A stretch of 64,000 nucleotides of DNA from the human T2T-CHM13v2.0 reference genome, Homo sapiens: NCBI RefSeq assembly GCF_009914755.1, contig NC_060948.1; one strand, 5' to 3'. Position numbers and translations under genes: made by a program. This document shows, piece by piece, positions 15,922-32,843 of this stretch. The first letter of the stretch is position 1. Each line of letters opens with the position of its first letter. The notes beneath the pieces were generated by a model. That model worked only from the letters and a program-made list of their open reading frames with translations. It was not told the origin of the DNA and made no database searches.

Positions 15922-18900
15922 AGAAAGAAAAAAAAAAGAAAGAGAGAAAGAGAGAGAGAGAAGGAGGGAGGGAGGGAGGAAGGAAGGAGAGGGAGGGAGG
16001 GAAGGAAGGAAGGAAAGAAGGAAGGAAAGAAGGAAGGAAGGAGAGGGAGGGAGGAAGGAAGGAAGCAGAGGGAGGAAGGAAGGAGAGGGAGGAAGGAAAG
16101 AAGGAAGGAGACAGAGGGAGGAAGGAGAGGGAGGAAGGAAGGAGAGGGAGGGAGGAAGGAAGGAAGGAGACAGAGGGAGGAAGGAGAGGGAGGAAGGAAG
16201 GAGAGGGAGGGAGGAAGGAGAGGGAGGAAGGAAGGAGAGGGAGGGAGGAAGGAAGGAAGCAGAGGGAGGAAGGAAGGAGAGGGAGGAAGGAAAGAAGGAA
16301 GGAGACAGAGGGAGGAAGGAGAGGGAGGAAGGAAGGAGAGGGAGGGAGGAAGGAGAGGGAGGAAGGAAGGAGAGGGAGGGAGGGAAGGAAGGAAGGAAAG
16401 AAGGAAGGAAAGAAGGAAGGAAGGAGAGGGAGGGAGGAAGGAAGGAAGGAGAGGGAGGAAGGAAAGAAGGAAGGAGAGGGAGGGAGGAAGGAGAGGGAGG
16501 GAGGAAGGAAGGAAGGAGACAGAGGGAGGAAGGAGAGGGAGGAAGGAAGGAGAGGGAGGGAGGAAGGAAGGAAGGAGACAGAGGGAGGAAGGAGAGGGAG
16601 GAAGGAAGGAGAGGGAGGGAGGAAGGAAGGAAGGAGACAGAGGGAGGAAGGAGAGGGAGGAAGGAAGGAGAGGGAGGGAGGAAGGAAGGAAGGAGACAGA
16701 GGGAGGAAGGAGAGGGAGGAAGGAAGGAGAGGGAGGGAGGAAGGAGAGGGAGGAAGGAAGGAGAGGGAGGGAGGGAAGGAAGGAAGGAAAGAAGGAAGGA
16801 AAGAAGGAAGGAAGGAGAGGGAGGGAGGAAGGAAGGAAGGAGAGGGAGGAAGGAAAGAAGGAAGGAGAGGGAGGGAGGAAGGAGAGGGAGGGAGGAAGGA
16901 AGGAAGGAGACAGAGGGAGGAAGGAGAGGGAGGAAGGAAGGAGAGGGAGGGAGGAAGGAAGGAAGGAGACAGAGGGAGGAAGGAGAGGGAGGAAGGAAGG
17001 AGAGGGAGGGAGGAAGGAAGGAAGGAGACAGAGGGAGGAAGGAGAGGGAGGAAGGAAGGAGAGGGAGGGAGGAAGGAAGGAAGGAGACAGAGGGAGGAAG
17101 GAGAGGGAGGAAGGAAGGAGAGGGAGGGAGGAAGGAGAGGGAGGGAGGAAGGAGAGGGAGGAAGGAAGGAAGGAAGGAGACAGAGGGAGGAAGGAGAGGG
17201 AGGAAGGAAGGAGAGGGAGGGAGGAAGGAAGGAAGGACACAGAGGGAGGAAGGAGAGGGAGGAAGGAAGGAGAGGGAGGGAGGAAGGAAGGAAGGAGACA
17301 GAGGGAGGAAGGAGAGGGAGGAAGGAAGGAGAGGGAGGGAGGAAGGAGAGGGAGGGAGGAAGGAAGGAGAGGGAGGAAGGAAGGAAGGAGACAGGGAGGA
17401 AGGAGAGGGAGGGAGGAAGGAGAGGGAGGGAGGAAGGAAGGAAGGAGACAGAGGGAGGAAGGAGAGGGAGGGAGGAAGGAGAGGGAGGGAGGAAGGAGAG
17501 GGAGGGAGGAAGGAGAGGGAGGAAGGAAGAGGGAGGAAGGAAGGAGAGGGAGGGAGGAAGGAGAGGGAGGGAGGAAGGAGAGGGAGGGAGGAAGGAGAGG
17601 GAGGGAGGAAGGAGAGGGAGGGAGGAAGGAGAGGGAGGGAGGAAGGAGACAGAGGGAGGAAGGAGAGGGAGGAAGGAAGGAGAGGGAGGGAGGAAGGAGA
17701 GGGAGGGAGGAAGGAGAGGGAGGAAGGAAGGAAGGAAGGAGACAGAGGGAGGAAGGAGAGGGAGGAAGGAAGGAGAGGGAGGGAGGAAGGAAGGAAGGAG
17801 TCAGAGGGAGGAAGGAGAGGGAGGAAGGAAGGAGAGGGAGGGAGGAAGGAGAGGGAGGGAGGAAGGAGAGGGAGGGAGGAAGGAAGGAAGGAGACAGAGG
17901 GAGGAAGGAGAGGGAGGAAGGAAGGAGAGGGAGGGAGGAAGGAAGGAAGGACACAGAGGGAGGAAGGAGAGGGAGGAAGGAAGGAGAGGGAGGGAGGAAG
18001 GAAGGAAGGAGACAGAGGGAGGAAGGAGAGGGAGGAAGGAAGGAGAGGGAGGGAGGAAGGAGAGGGAGGGAGGAAGGAGAGGGAGGGAGGAAGGAAGGAG
18101 AGGGAGGAAGGAAGGAAGGAGACAGAGGGAGGAAGGAGAGGGAGGGAGGAAGGAGAGGGAGGGAGGAAGGAAGGAAGGAGACAGAGGGAGGAAGGAGAGG
18201 GAGGAAGGAAGGAGAGGGAGGGAGGAAGGAGAGGGAGGAAGGAGAGGGAGGAAGGAGAGGGAGGAAGGAAGGAGACAGAGGGAGGAAGGAGAGGGAGGGA
18301 GGAAGGAGAGGGAGGGAGGAAGGAGAGGGAGGAAGGAAGGAGAGGGAGGAAGGAAGGAAGGAAGGAGACAGAGGTAGGAAGGAGAGGGAGGAAGGAAGGA
18401 GAGGGAGGGAGGAAGGAAGGAAGGAGACAGAGGGAGGAAGGAGAGGGAGGAAGGAAGGAGAGGGAGGGAGGAAGGAGAGGGAGGAAGGAAGGAGACAGAG
18501 GGAGGAAGGAGAGGGAGGAAGGAAGGAGAGGGAGGGAGGAAGGAGAGGGAGGAAGGAAGGAGACAGAGGGAGGAAGGAGAGGGAGGAAGGAAGGAGAGGG
18601 AGGGAGGAAGGAGAGGGAGGAAGGAAGGAGACAGAGGGAGGAAGGAGAGAGAGGAAGGAAGGAGAGGGAGGGAGGAAGGAGAGGGAGGAAGGAAGGAGAC
18701 AGAGGGAGGAAGGAGAGGGAGGAAGGAAGGAGAGGGAGGGAGGAAGGAGAGGGAGGAAGGAAGGAGACAGAGGGAGGAAGGAGAGGGAGGAAGGAAGGAG
18801 AGGGAGGGAGGAAGGAAGGAAGGAGACAGAGGGAGGAAGGAAGGAAGGAGACAGAGGGAGGAAGGAGAGGGAGGAAGGAAGGAGAGGGAGGGAGGAAGGA

Positions 18901-21444
18901 GAGGGAGGGAGGAAGGAGAGGGAGGAAGGAAGGAGACAGAGGGAGGAAGGAGAGGGAGGAAGGAAGGAGAGGGAGGGAGGAAGGAGAGGGAGGAAGGAAG
19001 GAGACAGAGGGAGGAAGGAGAGGGAGGAAGGAAGGAGAGGGAGGGAGGAAGGAGAGGGAGGAAGGAAGGAGACAGAGGGAGGAAGGAGAGGGAGGAAGGA
19101 AGGAGAGGGAGGGAGGAAGGAAGGAAGGAGACAGAGGGAGGAAGGAAGGAAGGAGACAGAGGGAGGAAGGAGAGGGAGGAAGGAAGTAGAGGGAGGGAGG
19201 AAGGAGAGGGAGGGAGGAAGGAGAGGGAGGAAGGAAGGAGACAGAGGGAGGAAGGAGAGGGAGGAAGGAAGGAGAGGGAGGGAGGAAGGAGAGGGAGGAA
19301 GGAAGGAGACAGAGGGAGGAAGGAGAGGGAGGAAGGAAGGAGAGGGAGGGAGGAAGGAGAGGGAGGAAGGAAGGAGACAGAGGGAGGAAGGAGAGGGAGG
19401 AAGGAAGGAGAGGGAGGAAGGAAGGAGAGGGAGGAAGGAAGGAGACAGAGGGAGGAAGGAGAGGGAGGAAGGAAGGAGAGGGAGGGAGGAAGGAAGGAAG
19501 GAGACAGAGGGAGGAAGGAGAGGGAGGAAGGAAGGAGAGGGAGGAAGGAAGGAAGGAAGGAGACAGAGGGAGGAAGGAAGGAAGGAGACAGAGGGAGGAA
19601 GGAGAGGGAGGAAGGAAGGAGAGGGAGGGAGGAAGGAAGGAAGGAGACAGAGGGAGGAAGGAAGGAAGGAGACAGAGGGAGGAAGGAGAGGGAGGGAGGA
19701 AGGAGAGGGAGGGAGGAAGGAAGGAAGGAGACGGAGGAAGGAAGGAGAGGGAGGGAGGAAGGAAGGAAGGAGATGGAGGAAGGAAGGAGAGGGAGGAAGG
19801 AAGGAGAGGGAGGAAGGAAGGAGAGGGAGGAAGGAAGGAGAGGGAGGAAGGAAGGAGAGGGAGGAAGGAAGGAGAGGGAGGGAGGAAGGAAGGAGATAGA
19901 GGGAGGAAGGAGAGGGAGGGAGGAAGGAGAGGGAGGGAGGAAGGAAGGAAGGAGAGGGAGGGAGGAAGGAGAGGGAGGGAGGAAGGAAGGAGAGGGAGGA
20001 AGGAGAGGGAGGGAGGAAGGAAGGAGAGGGAGGGAGGAAGGAAGGAGATGGAGGGAGGAAGGAGACGGAGGAAGGAAGGAGAGGGAGGGAGGAAGGAAGG
20101 AAGGAGACGGAGGAAGGAAGGAGAGGGAGGGAGGAAGGAAGGAGACGGAGGAAGGAGACGGAGGAAGGAAGGAGAGGGAGGAAGGAAGGAAGGAAGGAGA
20201 TGGAGGAAGGAAGGAGAGGGAGGAAGGAAGGAGGGAAGGGAGGGAGGAAGGAAGGAGACAGAGGGAGGAAGGAGACAGAGGGAGGAAGGAGAGGGAGGGA
20301 GGAAGGAAGGAAGGAAGGAGAGGGAGGAAGGAAGGAAGGAAGGAGACAGAGGGAGGAAGGAAGGAGACGGAGGAAGGAAGGAGAGGGAGGGAGGAAGGAA
20401 GGAAGGAGATGGAGGAAGGAAGGAGAGGGAGGAAGGAAGGAGAGGGAGGGAGGAAGGAAGGAAGGAGACGGAGGAAGGAAGGAGAGGGAGGGAGGAAGGA
20501 AGGAGACGGAGGAAGGAGACGGAGGAAGGAAGGAGAGGGAGGAAGGAAGGAAGGAGATGGAGGAAGGAAGGAGAGGGAGGAAGGAAGGAGGGAAGGGAGG
20601 GAGGAAGGAAGGAGAGGGAGGGAAGGAAGGAGAGGGAGGGAGGAAGGAGGGAAGGGAGGGAGGAAGGAAGGAGAGGGAGGGAGGAAGGAAGGAGACGGAG
20701 GAAGGAGAGGGAGGAAGGAAGGAGAGGGAGGAAGGAAGGAAGGAGAGGGAGGAAGGAAGGGAAGGGAGGAAGGAAGGGAAGGGAGGGAGGAAGGAAGGAA
20801 GGAGACGGAGGAAGGAAGGAGAGGGAGGGAGGAAGGAAGGAGACGGAGGAAGGAGACGGAGGAAGGAAGGAGAGGGAGGAAGGAAGGAAGGAAGGAGATG
20901 GAGGAAGGAAGGAGAGGGAGGAAGGAAGGAGGGAAGGGAGGGAGGAAGGAAGGAGAGGGAGGGAAGGAAGGAGAGGGAGGAAGGAAGGAGAGGGAGGGAG
21001 GAAGGAGGGAAGGGAGGGAGGAAGGAAGGAGAGGGAGGGAGGAAGGAAGGAGACGGAGGAAGGAGAGGGAGGAAGGAAGGAGAGGGAGGAAGGAAGGAAG
21101 GAGAGGGAGGAAGGAAGGGAAGGGAGGAAGGAAGGGAAGGGAGGGAGGAAGGAAGGAGAGGGAGGAAGGAAGGAAAGAGAGGGAGGAAGGAAGGGAAGGG
21201 AGGAAGGAAGGGAAGGGAGGGAGGAAGGAAGGAGAGGGAGGAAGGAAGGAGAGGGAGGAAGGAAGGGAAGGGAGGGAGGAAGGAAGGAGAGGGAGGAAGG
21301 AAGGAGAGGGAGGAAGGAAGGAAGGAAGGAGATGGAGGAAGGAAGGAGAGGGAGGAAGGAAGGAGGGAAGGGAGGGAGGAAGGAAGCAGAGGGAGGGAAG
21401 GAAGGAAGGAGGGGAGGGAGGAAGGAAAGAAAGAAGGAAGGAAG
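15922..21444 (+). repeat. ~5.5-kb polypurine compound repeat (GGAA/GGGA/GAGA)
   Basis: Nearly pure G/A, built from ggaa, ggga, ggagag, ggagacaga, ggagacgg and ggagatgg blocks. Confidence 0.98.
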
Positions 21445-21589
21445 ATTCTAATTCAAATCAGTTGCTTAAGAGGGAGAGATCAGGAAGTTCCCAACTAAAG
21501 TGCTGGGGTGACAGGTGTGAGCCACCATGCCCGGCCAGGTTCCCCAGCTGTTTGGACAAGTAGTAACAAGTAGCTAACTGCAAATGCAC

Positions 21590-21753
21590 AAAGAAAGAAG
21601 GAGGAAAGAAAGAAAGAGAGAGAGAGAAGGAAGAAAGGAAAGAGAAAGAAGAAAAGAAAAAACCAATTCTAATTCAAATCAGTTGCTTAAGAGGGAGAGA
21701 TCAGGAAGAAAGAAAGAAGGAAAGAGAAAGAAAGGAAAAGAAGAAAGAAAGAG

Positions 21754-21808
<55 letters not shown>

Positions 21809-21812
21809 AAAA
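21590..21812 (+). repeat. Short purine tracts including (GAAA)n
   Basis: Two A/G tracts separated by a 40-bp motif; perfect GAAA run at ~21755-21798. Confidence 0.9.
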
Positions 21813-21899
21813 CAAATCCTAATTCAAATCACTTGCTTAAGAGGGAGAAATAAGGCAATTTCCCACCAGGAGGATGCCGTCTAGATCGGACGGTGTTGT

Positions 21900-23039
<1,140 letters not shown>

Positions 23040-23277
23040 TCTACACACACGTTTATATACACACATACCTGACCATATATATGCATACATCTATATTTAT
23101 CACACATACGTACATAGATGTATGGATTTTGTTACAGACAGAAACTTAATTTAACCATCTCTGACACATTGCTTCTTAAATTATAAAGCCACTTTCCCAC
23201 TTTCCCGATATCCACTGGTGGCACACTGAATCTGAGTTAGTTCTAAATGTTTCAATGCGATTGTGTGTATATATGCC

Positions 23278-24430
23278 TTCCTAGAATGGGATGTATACAG
23301 CTGGCCTGTGGTCTCTCCCTCCCTAGAGTGAGATGTATACGGTTGGCCTGCAGTCTGTCTTTCTAGTGTGGGATGTATACAGCTGGCCTGTTGTCTCCCT
23401 CTGTAGAGTGGGATGTATACAGCCGGCCTGCGGTTTCTTTCTTCCTAGAGTGGGATGTATACAGCCGGCCTGTGGTCTGTCTCTCTAGTGTGGGATGTAT
23501 ACAGTTGGCCTGTGGTGTTTCTCCCTAGAGGGGGATGTATATAGTCAGCCCGTGGTTTCTTTCTTCCTAGTGTGGGATGTATACAGCCGGCCTATGGTCT
23601 GTCTCTCTAGTGTGGGATGTATACAGCTGGCCTGTGGCCTCCCTCTCTAGAGTGGGATGTATACAGTTGGTCTGTGGTCTCTTCCTCCCTAGAGTGGAAT
23701 GTATACAGCCGGCCTGTGGTCTCTCTTTCTAGAGAAGGATGTATACAGCCGGCCTGTGGTCTCCCTCCCAGGAGTGGAATGTATACAGTCGGCCTGCGGT
23801 CTCCCTCCCAGGAGTGGGATGTATACAGCCGGCCTGTGGTCTCTCTTTCTAGAGAAGGATGTATACAGCAGCCTGCGGTCTCCCTCCCAGGAGTGGAATG
23901 TATACAGCCGGCCTGTGCTCTCCCTCCCAGGAGTGATATGTATACAGCCGGCCTGTGGTCTCCCTCCCTAGAGTGATATGTATACAGTTGGCCTGTGGTC
24001 TCCCTCCCAGGAGTGGGATGTATACAGCCGGCCTGTGGTCTCTCTTTCTAGAGAAGGATGTATACAGCCGGCCTGTGGTCTCCCTCCCAGGAGTGGGATG
24101 TATACAGCAGCCTGCGGTCTCCCTCCCAGGAGTGGAATGTATACAGCCGGCCTGTGGTCTCTCTTTCTAGAGAAGGATGTATACAGCCGGCCTGTGGTCT
24201 CCCTCCCAGGAGTGGGATGTATACAGCAGCCTGCGGTCTCCCTCCCAGGATTGGAATGTATACAGCCGGCCTGTGGTCTCCCTCCCTAGAGTGATATGTA
24301 TACAGTCGGCCTGTGGTCTCCCTCCCTAGAGTGATATGTATACAGTCGGCCTGTGGTCTCCCTCCCAGGAGTGGGATGTATACAGTCGGCCTGTGGCCTT
24401 CCTGCCTGGTGTGTATACAGCAGGCCTGTA
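23278..24430. repeat. 40-bp VNTR, about 28 copies
   Basis: (ggagtgggatgtatacagccggcctgtggtctccctccca)n with variants. Confidence 0.96.
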
Positions 24431-25244
24431 ATGCTCACCTCAACAGGCAGTATTCCTTGGACTCCTGGTCTGCAGACATCCTGGTTCCTCATTCCCTGAA
24501 ATTCTGCGTGGGACGTTTTTCCGCCTGGGCCTGAGTGACACTGGCTTTGACGTAGCTTCTAGGTGAAGATCAATGAAGGCCTCGGTGGGGCCCAATTTCT
24601 TGGTGGAAACTCATCCCGTTTCTGATAAAGGATGGCCCGGGAAGACCTAGAATACGGTGACACCACGTCCCTCTCCCCCGTGGGTCCCCGAACCTGCAGA
24701 TGACCACATTTTAGGAACCTTGTATCAGGAGCACGTCTTAATGTTATTACGTCTTTCTCAAAAACAAGATTTTGGATTCCTACGTGACACGGATCCTTCT
24801 AGGTCCGCCGGCAGCTATTTGACCAGGCTGTTATTTAAGAGAATGTAGATGATTCCCTAAACCTTCTAGCTCATAAAACGTGGATTGTTAAGATTGACTC
24901 CTTCAGGTAAAATTATTGGATTTCATATACCAACTGCTAAAAGGCACTATTCATAGTCTCAAACGGCTTGCGGGAAAAGCTGTTCTAATTTACGTTCCTG
25001 CCGGCAGAGCGAGAGGTCGCCCGGGACTTACGCTGTGATGAACATTGAGGTTCATTTTAAAAAGAAAATGAGGAATTCTGCAAATTTCATAGTTTCAAAA
25101 CGGCATCCATTGTTTTGACTTGGCATTTAAAGAAGACTTTTTAGTGGGGGACAATTCTTTTTCATGTTTACAAGCCATGTGTGTTTCTCTTTTGTAAATT
25201 ACTTGAGATGTTTGCTTATTTTTCCAGTGTTTACCAGTTCTTAG

Positions 25245-25465
25245 GGCCCTGAACTTCAGAGTCACACAGAACTGGGTTTGAATCCAAACACAACACGACA
25301 ATTTACTAGCTCCGTTTCTCCGGAGAAGTTAATTTATGCCTTTAATTTTCACTTTCTCCGTCTGTAGCAAATTGCCTAGAGTTTTTATGACATTTAAACC
25401 AGATAATATATGTACATTGAGTAGCACAGAATTTTAATGCACAGAAAGCATTCAATAAATAGCAA
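25245..25465 (+). mobile_element. MIR within an old antisense L1M fragment
   Basis: agagtcacacagaactgggtttgaatcc...agataatatatgta...cattcaataaat. Confidence 0.65.
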
Positions 25466-25637
25466 TCATTCTTGTTGATTTGTAAGAGCTCTTTATATAT
25501 TAAGGACACAGGCTCTTTTATCATTGGCATATTTTATCAATATTTTTCAACTTCTTTTATGCTACTTGAAATTGTTTTTTAAACCTAAAGAGTTTTAAAA
25601 TTGAATGTAGTCAAATTGATCAGTCTTGTTCATATAA

Positions 25638-26360
<723 letters not shown>

Positions 26361-26370
26361 TGTACTTTTA

Positions 26371-26727
<357 letters not shown>

Positions 26728-26729
26728 AA

Positions 26730-27140
26730 GAAACACAAAGAGAAAGAGAAGAAAGAGACAGGATGGAAGGAAGGAAGGAAGGAAGGAAGGAAGGAAGGAA
26801 AAAGAAGAAAGAAAGAAAGAAAGAAGAAAAGGAAGGAAGGAAAAAGAAAGAGACAGAGGGGAAGAAAGGAATGAAAGAAGAAAAAAGAAAGTAAGAGAAA
26901 GAAAAGAAAGAAAGAGGAAGAAAGGAAGGAAGGAAAAAAGAAAGAAAGAGACAGGAAGAAAGGAAGGAAAGAAGGAAAAAAGAAAGACAAGAAAAAGAAA
27001 CGAAGGGAAAGGAAGAAAGGAAGGAAGGAAGAAAGAAAAGAAAGACAAAGACAGAAAGGAAGAAAGGAAGGAAGGAAGGAAAAAGAAATGAAAGAAAAGA
27101 AAGAGAAAAGAGAGACAAAAAGGCTGTAAGAAAGGAAAAG
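26730..27140 (+). repeat. Purine-rich (GGAA/GAAA) tract extending from the Alu tail
   Basis: (ggaa)n run followed by degenerate gaaa. Confidence 0.9.
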
Positions 27141-27814
27141 CAATGATGCCTCATACTGGATTAAGTTACCCATGAAATCTAAGCTTGGTTCCTTAAGCCT
27201 CGCCTCTTTGAAGAGGAATCCAATTCTGAAATGAATGACACTTTTGGGGGGCCTCATGCCATGGGGAGCTTAGATTGTCTTTGAAACTGGCCTCTGAGTT
27301 GAAATTCCAGGTCCTACCCTTTCCTGCTCAGTCCTCAGACAATTTATAAAACTTGCCTAAACTCACATTTTTATCTGGTAATTTGTGACTTGCAGAATGA
27401 ACGCAAGAAAACAGAGACGACATTGTAAAGTAGCTGGCCATCGTATTTTTCTTGGAAGAGACAGTATCCTTAAATTAATGCTAATATTTTAAACACTGGC
27501 CCACTGATCATGAACACCCAATTCCTGGGTTCCTTGAAATATTTTTGGAAGGGGCGGCCAACCCGTGCCTTCATTCTTGCCCAACACCAGTGGGCTGGAT
27601 GGGATGTTCGCCGCAGTCTCCACTGCTCCCCGATGTCTCTCTCACATCAGGCCTGCCTTACTGACCTGACCTGCCTCCTCCTGCAAGCATTTGAGTCTGG
27701 AATTTTTTTGATGTGCAGAAACAATGCCTGTAAAACACCCAGTACAGGGGTGCTGAAGACATGTTCGTTCAACATGAGCTGAAGCATTCTTAGAGGCAGG
27801 TGCTGGTACACCCA

Positions 27815-28850
27815 CATGCACTGGAGACTCTGAGATGAGCATTGCAGACTCTGAGATGTGCACTGGAGATTCTGAATGGGCATTGGAGACTCTGAGATGG
27901 ACACTGGAGGCTCTGAGCTGTGCTTTGGAGATTCTGAGATGCGCATTGGAGACTCTGAGGTGTGCATTGGAGACTCTGAGATGGACACTGGAGGCTCTGA
28001 GCTGTGCTTTGGAGATTCTGAGATGTGCATTGGAGACTCTGAGCTGTGCTTTGGAGATTCTGAGATGTGCATTGGAGACTCTGAGATGGGCACTGGAGAC
28101 TAAGATGTGCATTGGAGACTCTGAGGTGTGCTTTGGAGACTCTGAGATGTGCTTTGGAGACTCTGAGATGTGCTTTGGAGACTCTGAGGTGTCCATTGGA
28201 GACTCTCAGATGTGCATTGGAGACTCTGAGATGGGCATTGGAGATTCTGAGCTGTGCTTTGGAGACTCTGAGATGGGCACTGGAGATTCTGAGATGTGCA
28301 TTGGAGACTCTGAGATGGGCACTGGAGACTAAGATGTGCATTGGAGACTCTGAGGTGTGCTTTGGAGACTCTGAGATGTGCTTTGGAGACTCTGAGGTGT
28401 CCATTGGAGACTCTCAGATGTGCATTGGAGACTCTGAGATGGGCATTGGAGATTCTGAGCTGTGCTTTGGAGACTCTGAGATGGGCACTGGAGACTCTGA
28501 GATGTGCATTGGAGACTCTGAGATGGGCACTGGAGACTCTGACGTGTGCTTTGGAGACTCTGAGATGGGCATTGGAGACCCTGAGGTGTGCATTGGAGAC
28601 TCTGACGTGGGCATTGGAGACTGAGATGGGCATTGGAGACTCTGAGATGTGCTTTGGAGATTCCGATATGTGCATTGGAGACCCTGAGGTGTGCACTGCA
28701 GACACTGAGGTGTGCATTGGACACTCTGACGTGGGCACTGGAGACTGAGATGGGTACGGGAGACTCTGAGGTGTGCATTGCAGACTCTGAGGTGTGCTTT
28801 AGAGACTGTGAGATGGGCACTGCAGAGGCTGAGGTGTGCTTTGGACACTC
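27815..28850. repeat. 21-bp VNTR, about 49 copies
   Basis: (gagactctgagatgtgcattg)n with variants. Confidence 0.96.
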
Positions 28851-29359
28851 TGGTGTTCCAGTATGATGTGATTGCTTTTCAGAGCGGCAGACAGGATGTC
28901 CAGCTGGAGCCGGCCAGCAGCAGGACGCTGACTGTGCGTGAGTGATGCAGCCGCGATTGGTGTTGACGGCCGGCGCGGAACACTCCATCTACATGCAGGT
29001 GCTAAGTGAGCCCTGGGGAGAAGGTGACCTGAATACTTGCCAACTGTTCTTTAGAAATTTCTTTAAATGGAAAATATGATTTAGGCAATGTTAAAAAAAA
29101 AACAAAACCAGACAGAGTCCCAGGATATTAGCACATGGCTCAGAAGACCGGACGCAGAAGGAGGAAAAGTCATGCTCTTTGCCAAGCCCAGTGCTAACTA
29201 GACCTTAAACCTGGGCGAATGCACCCATAACGTGGGTGTCTCCACGCCTTCCGTGCAAACTGTGTGTATTTGACAGATGAATGGTTTGTCTCTGGGATGA
29301 TACTTTTCTGACAGTGCAGCCTGCAGATAACATCTAATGAGGGGAGAAGGATTATGTGA

Positions 29360-30028
<669 letters not shown>

Positions 30029-30425
30029 GAGGTGTCTTATGAGTGGGCAGTGGACTGTGGCTCAGCTCTGGCCCACCTGAAGGTGAAGAGAGGTGGCTTT
30101 CTGGCCCTGGGATTAGTCCTGCCTTGTACAAATCTCCACCTCCGAAGGAAGGAAGAACAAGGGATTTATAGAGATGCCTTTGGGAGCTTCAGAAGAAAGA
30201 GGGTGTAATCTTGCTGGTTGATATAATTTTGGATGAAGGCACTGTCCTCCAAGCTAACAAACACACAGGACCAGAGAGAAGGACGGAGGAGATGGGGTTT
30301 CAGCGAGGGAGGTGGGAGAACAGGCCTGGCCTGTTGGGGGTAGAACGTAGAAGAAAAGGGCAATCTGAGAGATGAACAGGGGACGGTATTAAGTGCGTGC
30401 CCCCACACACATGCGCACATGTCCG

Positions 30426-32170
30426 GAAGGCAAGCACACACCCACCGTCATGAGCCCTCACGTGCAGGTGCATGCACGCATTCTTGCAAACCCCACACAT
30501 GCACACAAGCCCATATGCATATATGTGTACAGAAGGCAAGCACACATTCACAGTCATGAGCCCTCACGTGCAGGTGCATGCACGCATTCTTGCAAGCCCC
30601 ACACATGCACACAAGTGCATATGCATATACATGTACAGAAGGCAAGCACACACAGCCATGAGCCCTCACGTGCAGGTGCATGCATGCATTCTTGCAAACC
30701 CCACACATGCACACAAGCCCATATGCATATATGTGTACAGAAGTCAAGCACACACTGATAGTCATGAGCGCTCACATACAACTGCATGCATGCATTCATT
30801 CAAGCTCCCACATGCACAGATGCACACAAGTATCTCTGCACAGAGGTGTACAGAAGGCAAGCACACATTCAGTCATGAGCCCTCACGTGCAGGTGCATGC
30901 ACGCATTCTTGCAAACCCCACACATGCACACAAGCCCATATGCATATATGTGTACAGAAGGCAAGCACACACCCACAGCCATGAGCCCTCACGTGCAGGT
31001 GCATGCATGCATTCATTCAAGCCTCCACATGCACACAAGCCCATATGCATATATGTGTACAGAAGGCAAGCACACATTCACAGTCATGAGCCCTCACGTG
31101 CAGGTGCATGCACGCATTCTTGCAAGCCCCACACATGCACACAAGCCCATATGCATATATGTGTACAGAAGGCAAGCACACACTGATAGTCATGAGCGCT
31201 CACATACAACTGCATGCATGCATTCATTCAAGCCCCCACATGCACAGATGCACACAGGTATCTCTGCACAGAGGTGTACAGAAGGCAAGCACACATTCAC
31301 AGTCATGAGCCCTCACGTGCAGGTGCATGCACGCATTCTTGCAAACCCCACACATGCACACAAGCTCATATGCATATACGTGTACAGAAGGCAAGCACAC
31401 ACCCACAGCCATGAGCCCTCACGTGCAGGTGCATGCATGCATTCTTGCAAACCTCACACATGCACCCAAGCCCATATGCATATATGTGTACAGAAGGCAA
31501 GCACACATTCACAGTCATGAGCCCTCATGTGCAGGTGCATGCACGCATTCTTGCAAGCCTCACACATGCACACAAGCACATATGCATATACGTGTACAGA
31601 AGGCAAGCACACATTCACAGTCATGAGCCCTCACATGCAGGCGCATGCACGCATTCTTGCAAGCCCCACACATGCACACAAGCACATATGCATATACATG
31701 TACAGAAGGCAAGCACACACAGCCATGAGCCCTCACGTGCAGGTGCATGCATGCATTCTTGCAAACCCCACACATGCACACAAGCCCATATGCATATATT
31801 TGTACAGAAGTCAAGCACACACTGATAGTCATGAGCGCTCACATACAACTGCATGCATGCATTCATTCAAGCTCCCACATGCACAGATGCACACAAGTAT
31901 CTCTGCACAGAGGTGTACAGAAGGCAAGCACACATTCAGTCATGAGCCCTCACGTGCAGGTGCATGCACGCATTCTTGCAAACCCCACACATGCACACAA
32001 GCCCATATGCATATATGTGTACAGAAGGCAAGCACACATTCACAGTCATGAGCCCTCACGTGCAGGTGCATGCACGCATTCTTGCAAGCCTCACACATGC
32101 ACACAAGCCCATATGCATATACGTGTACAGAAGGCAAGCACACACAGCCATGAGCCCTCACATGCAAATG
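30426..32170. repeat. ~106-bp VNTR, about 17 copies
   Basis: gaaggcaagcacac..gtcatgagccctcacgtgcaggtgcatgcacgcattcttgcaa.. at 30426, 30532, 30638 and onward. Confidence 0.95.

Positions 32171-32843
<673 letters not shown>

Noticed and set aside
15860-21563. 1109-, 681-, 596-, 467- and 432-aa G/R/E/K or P/S/L/F ORFs
   Set aside because: A purine-only strand almost never contains stop codons, so several frames are open; artefact of the repeat.
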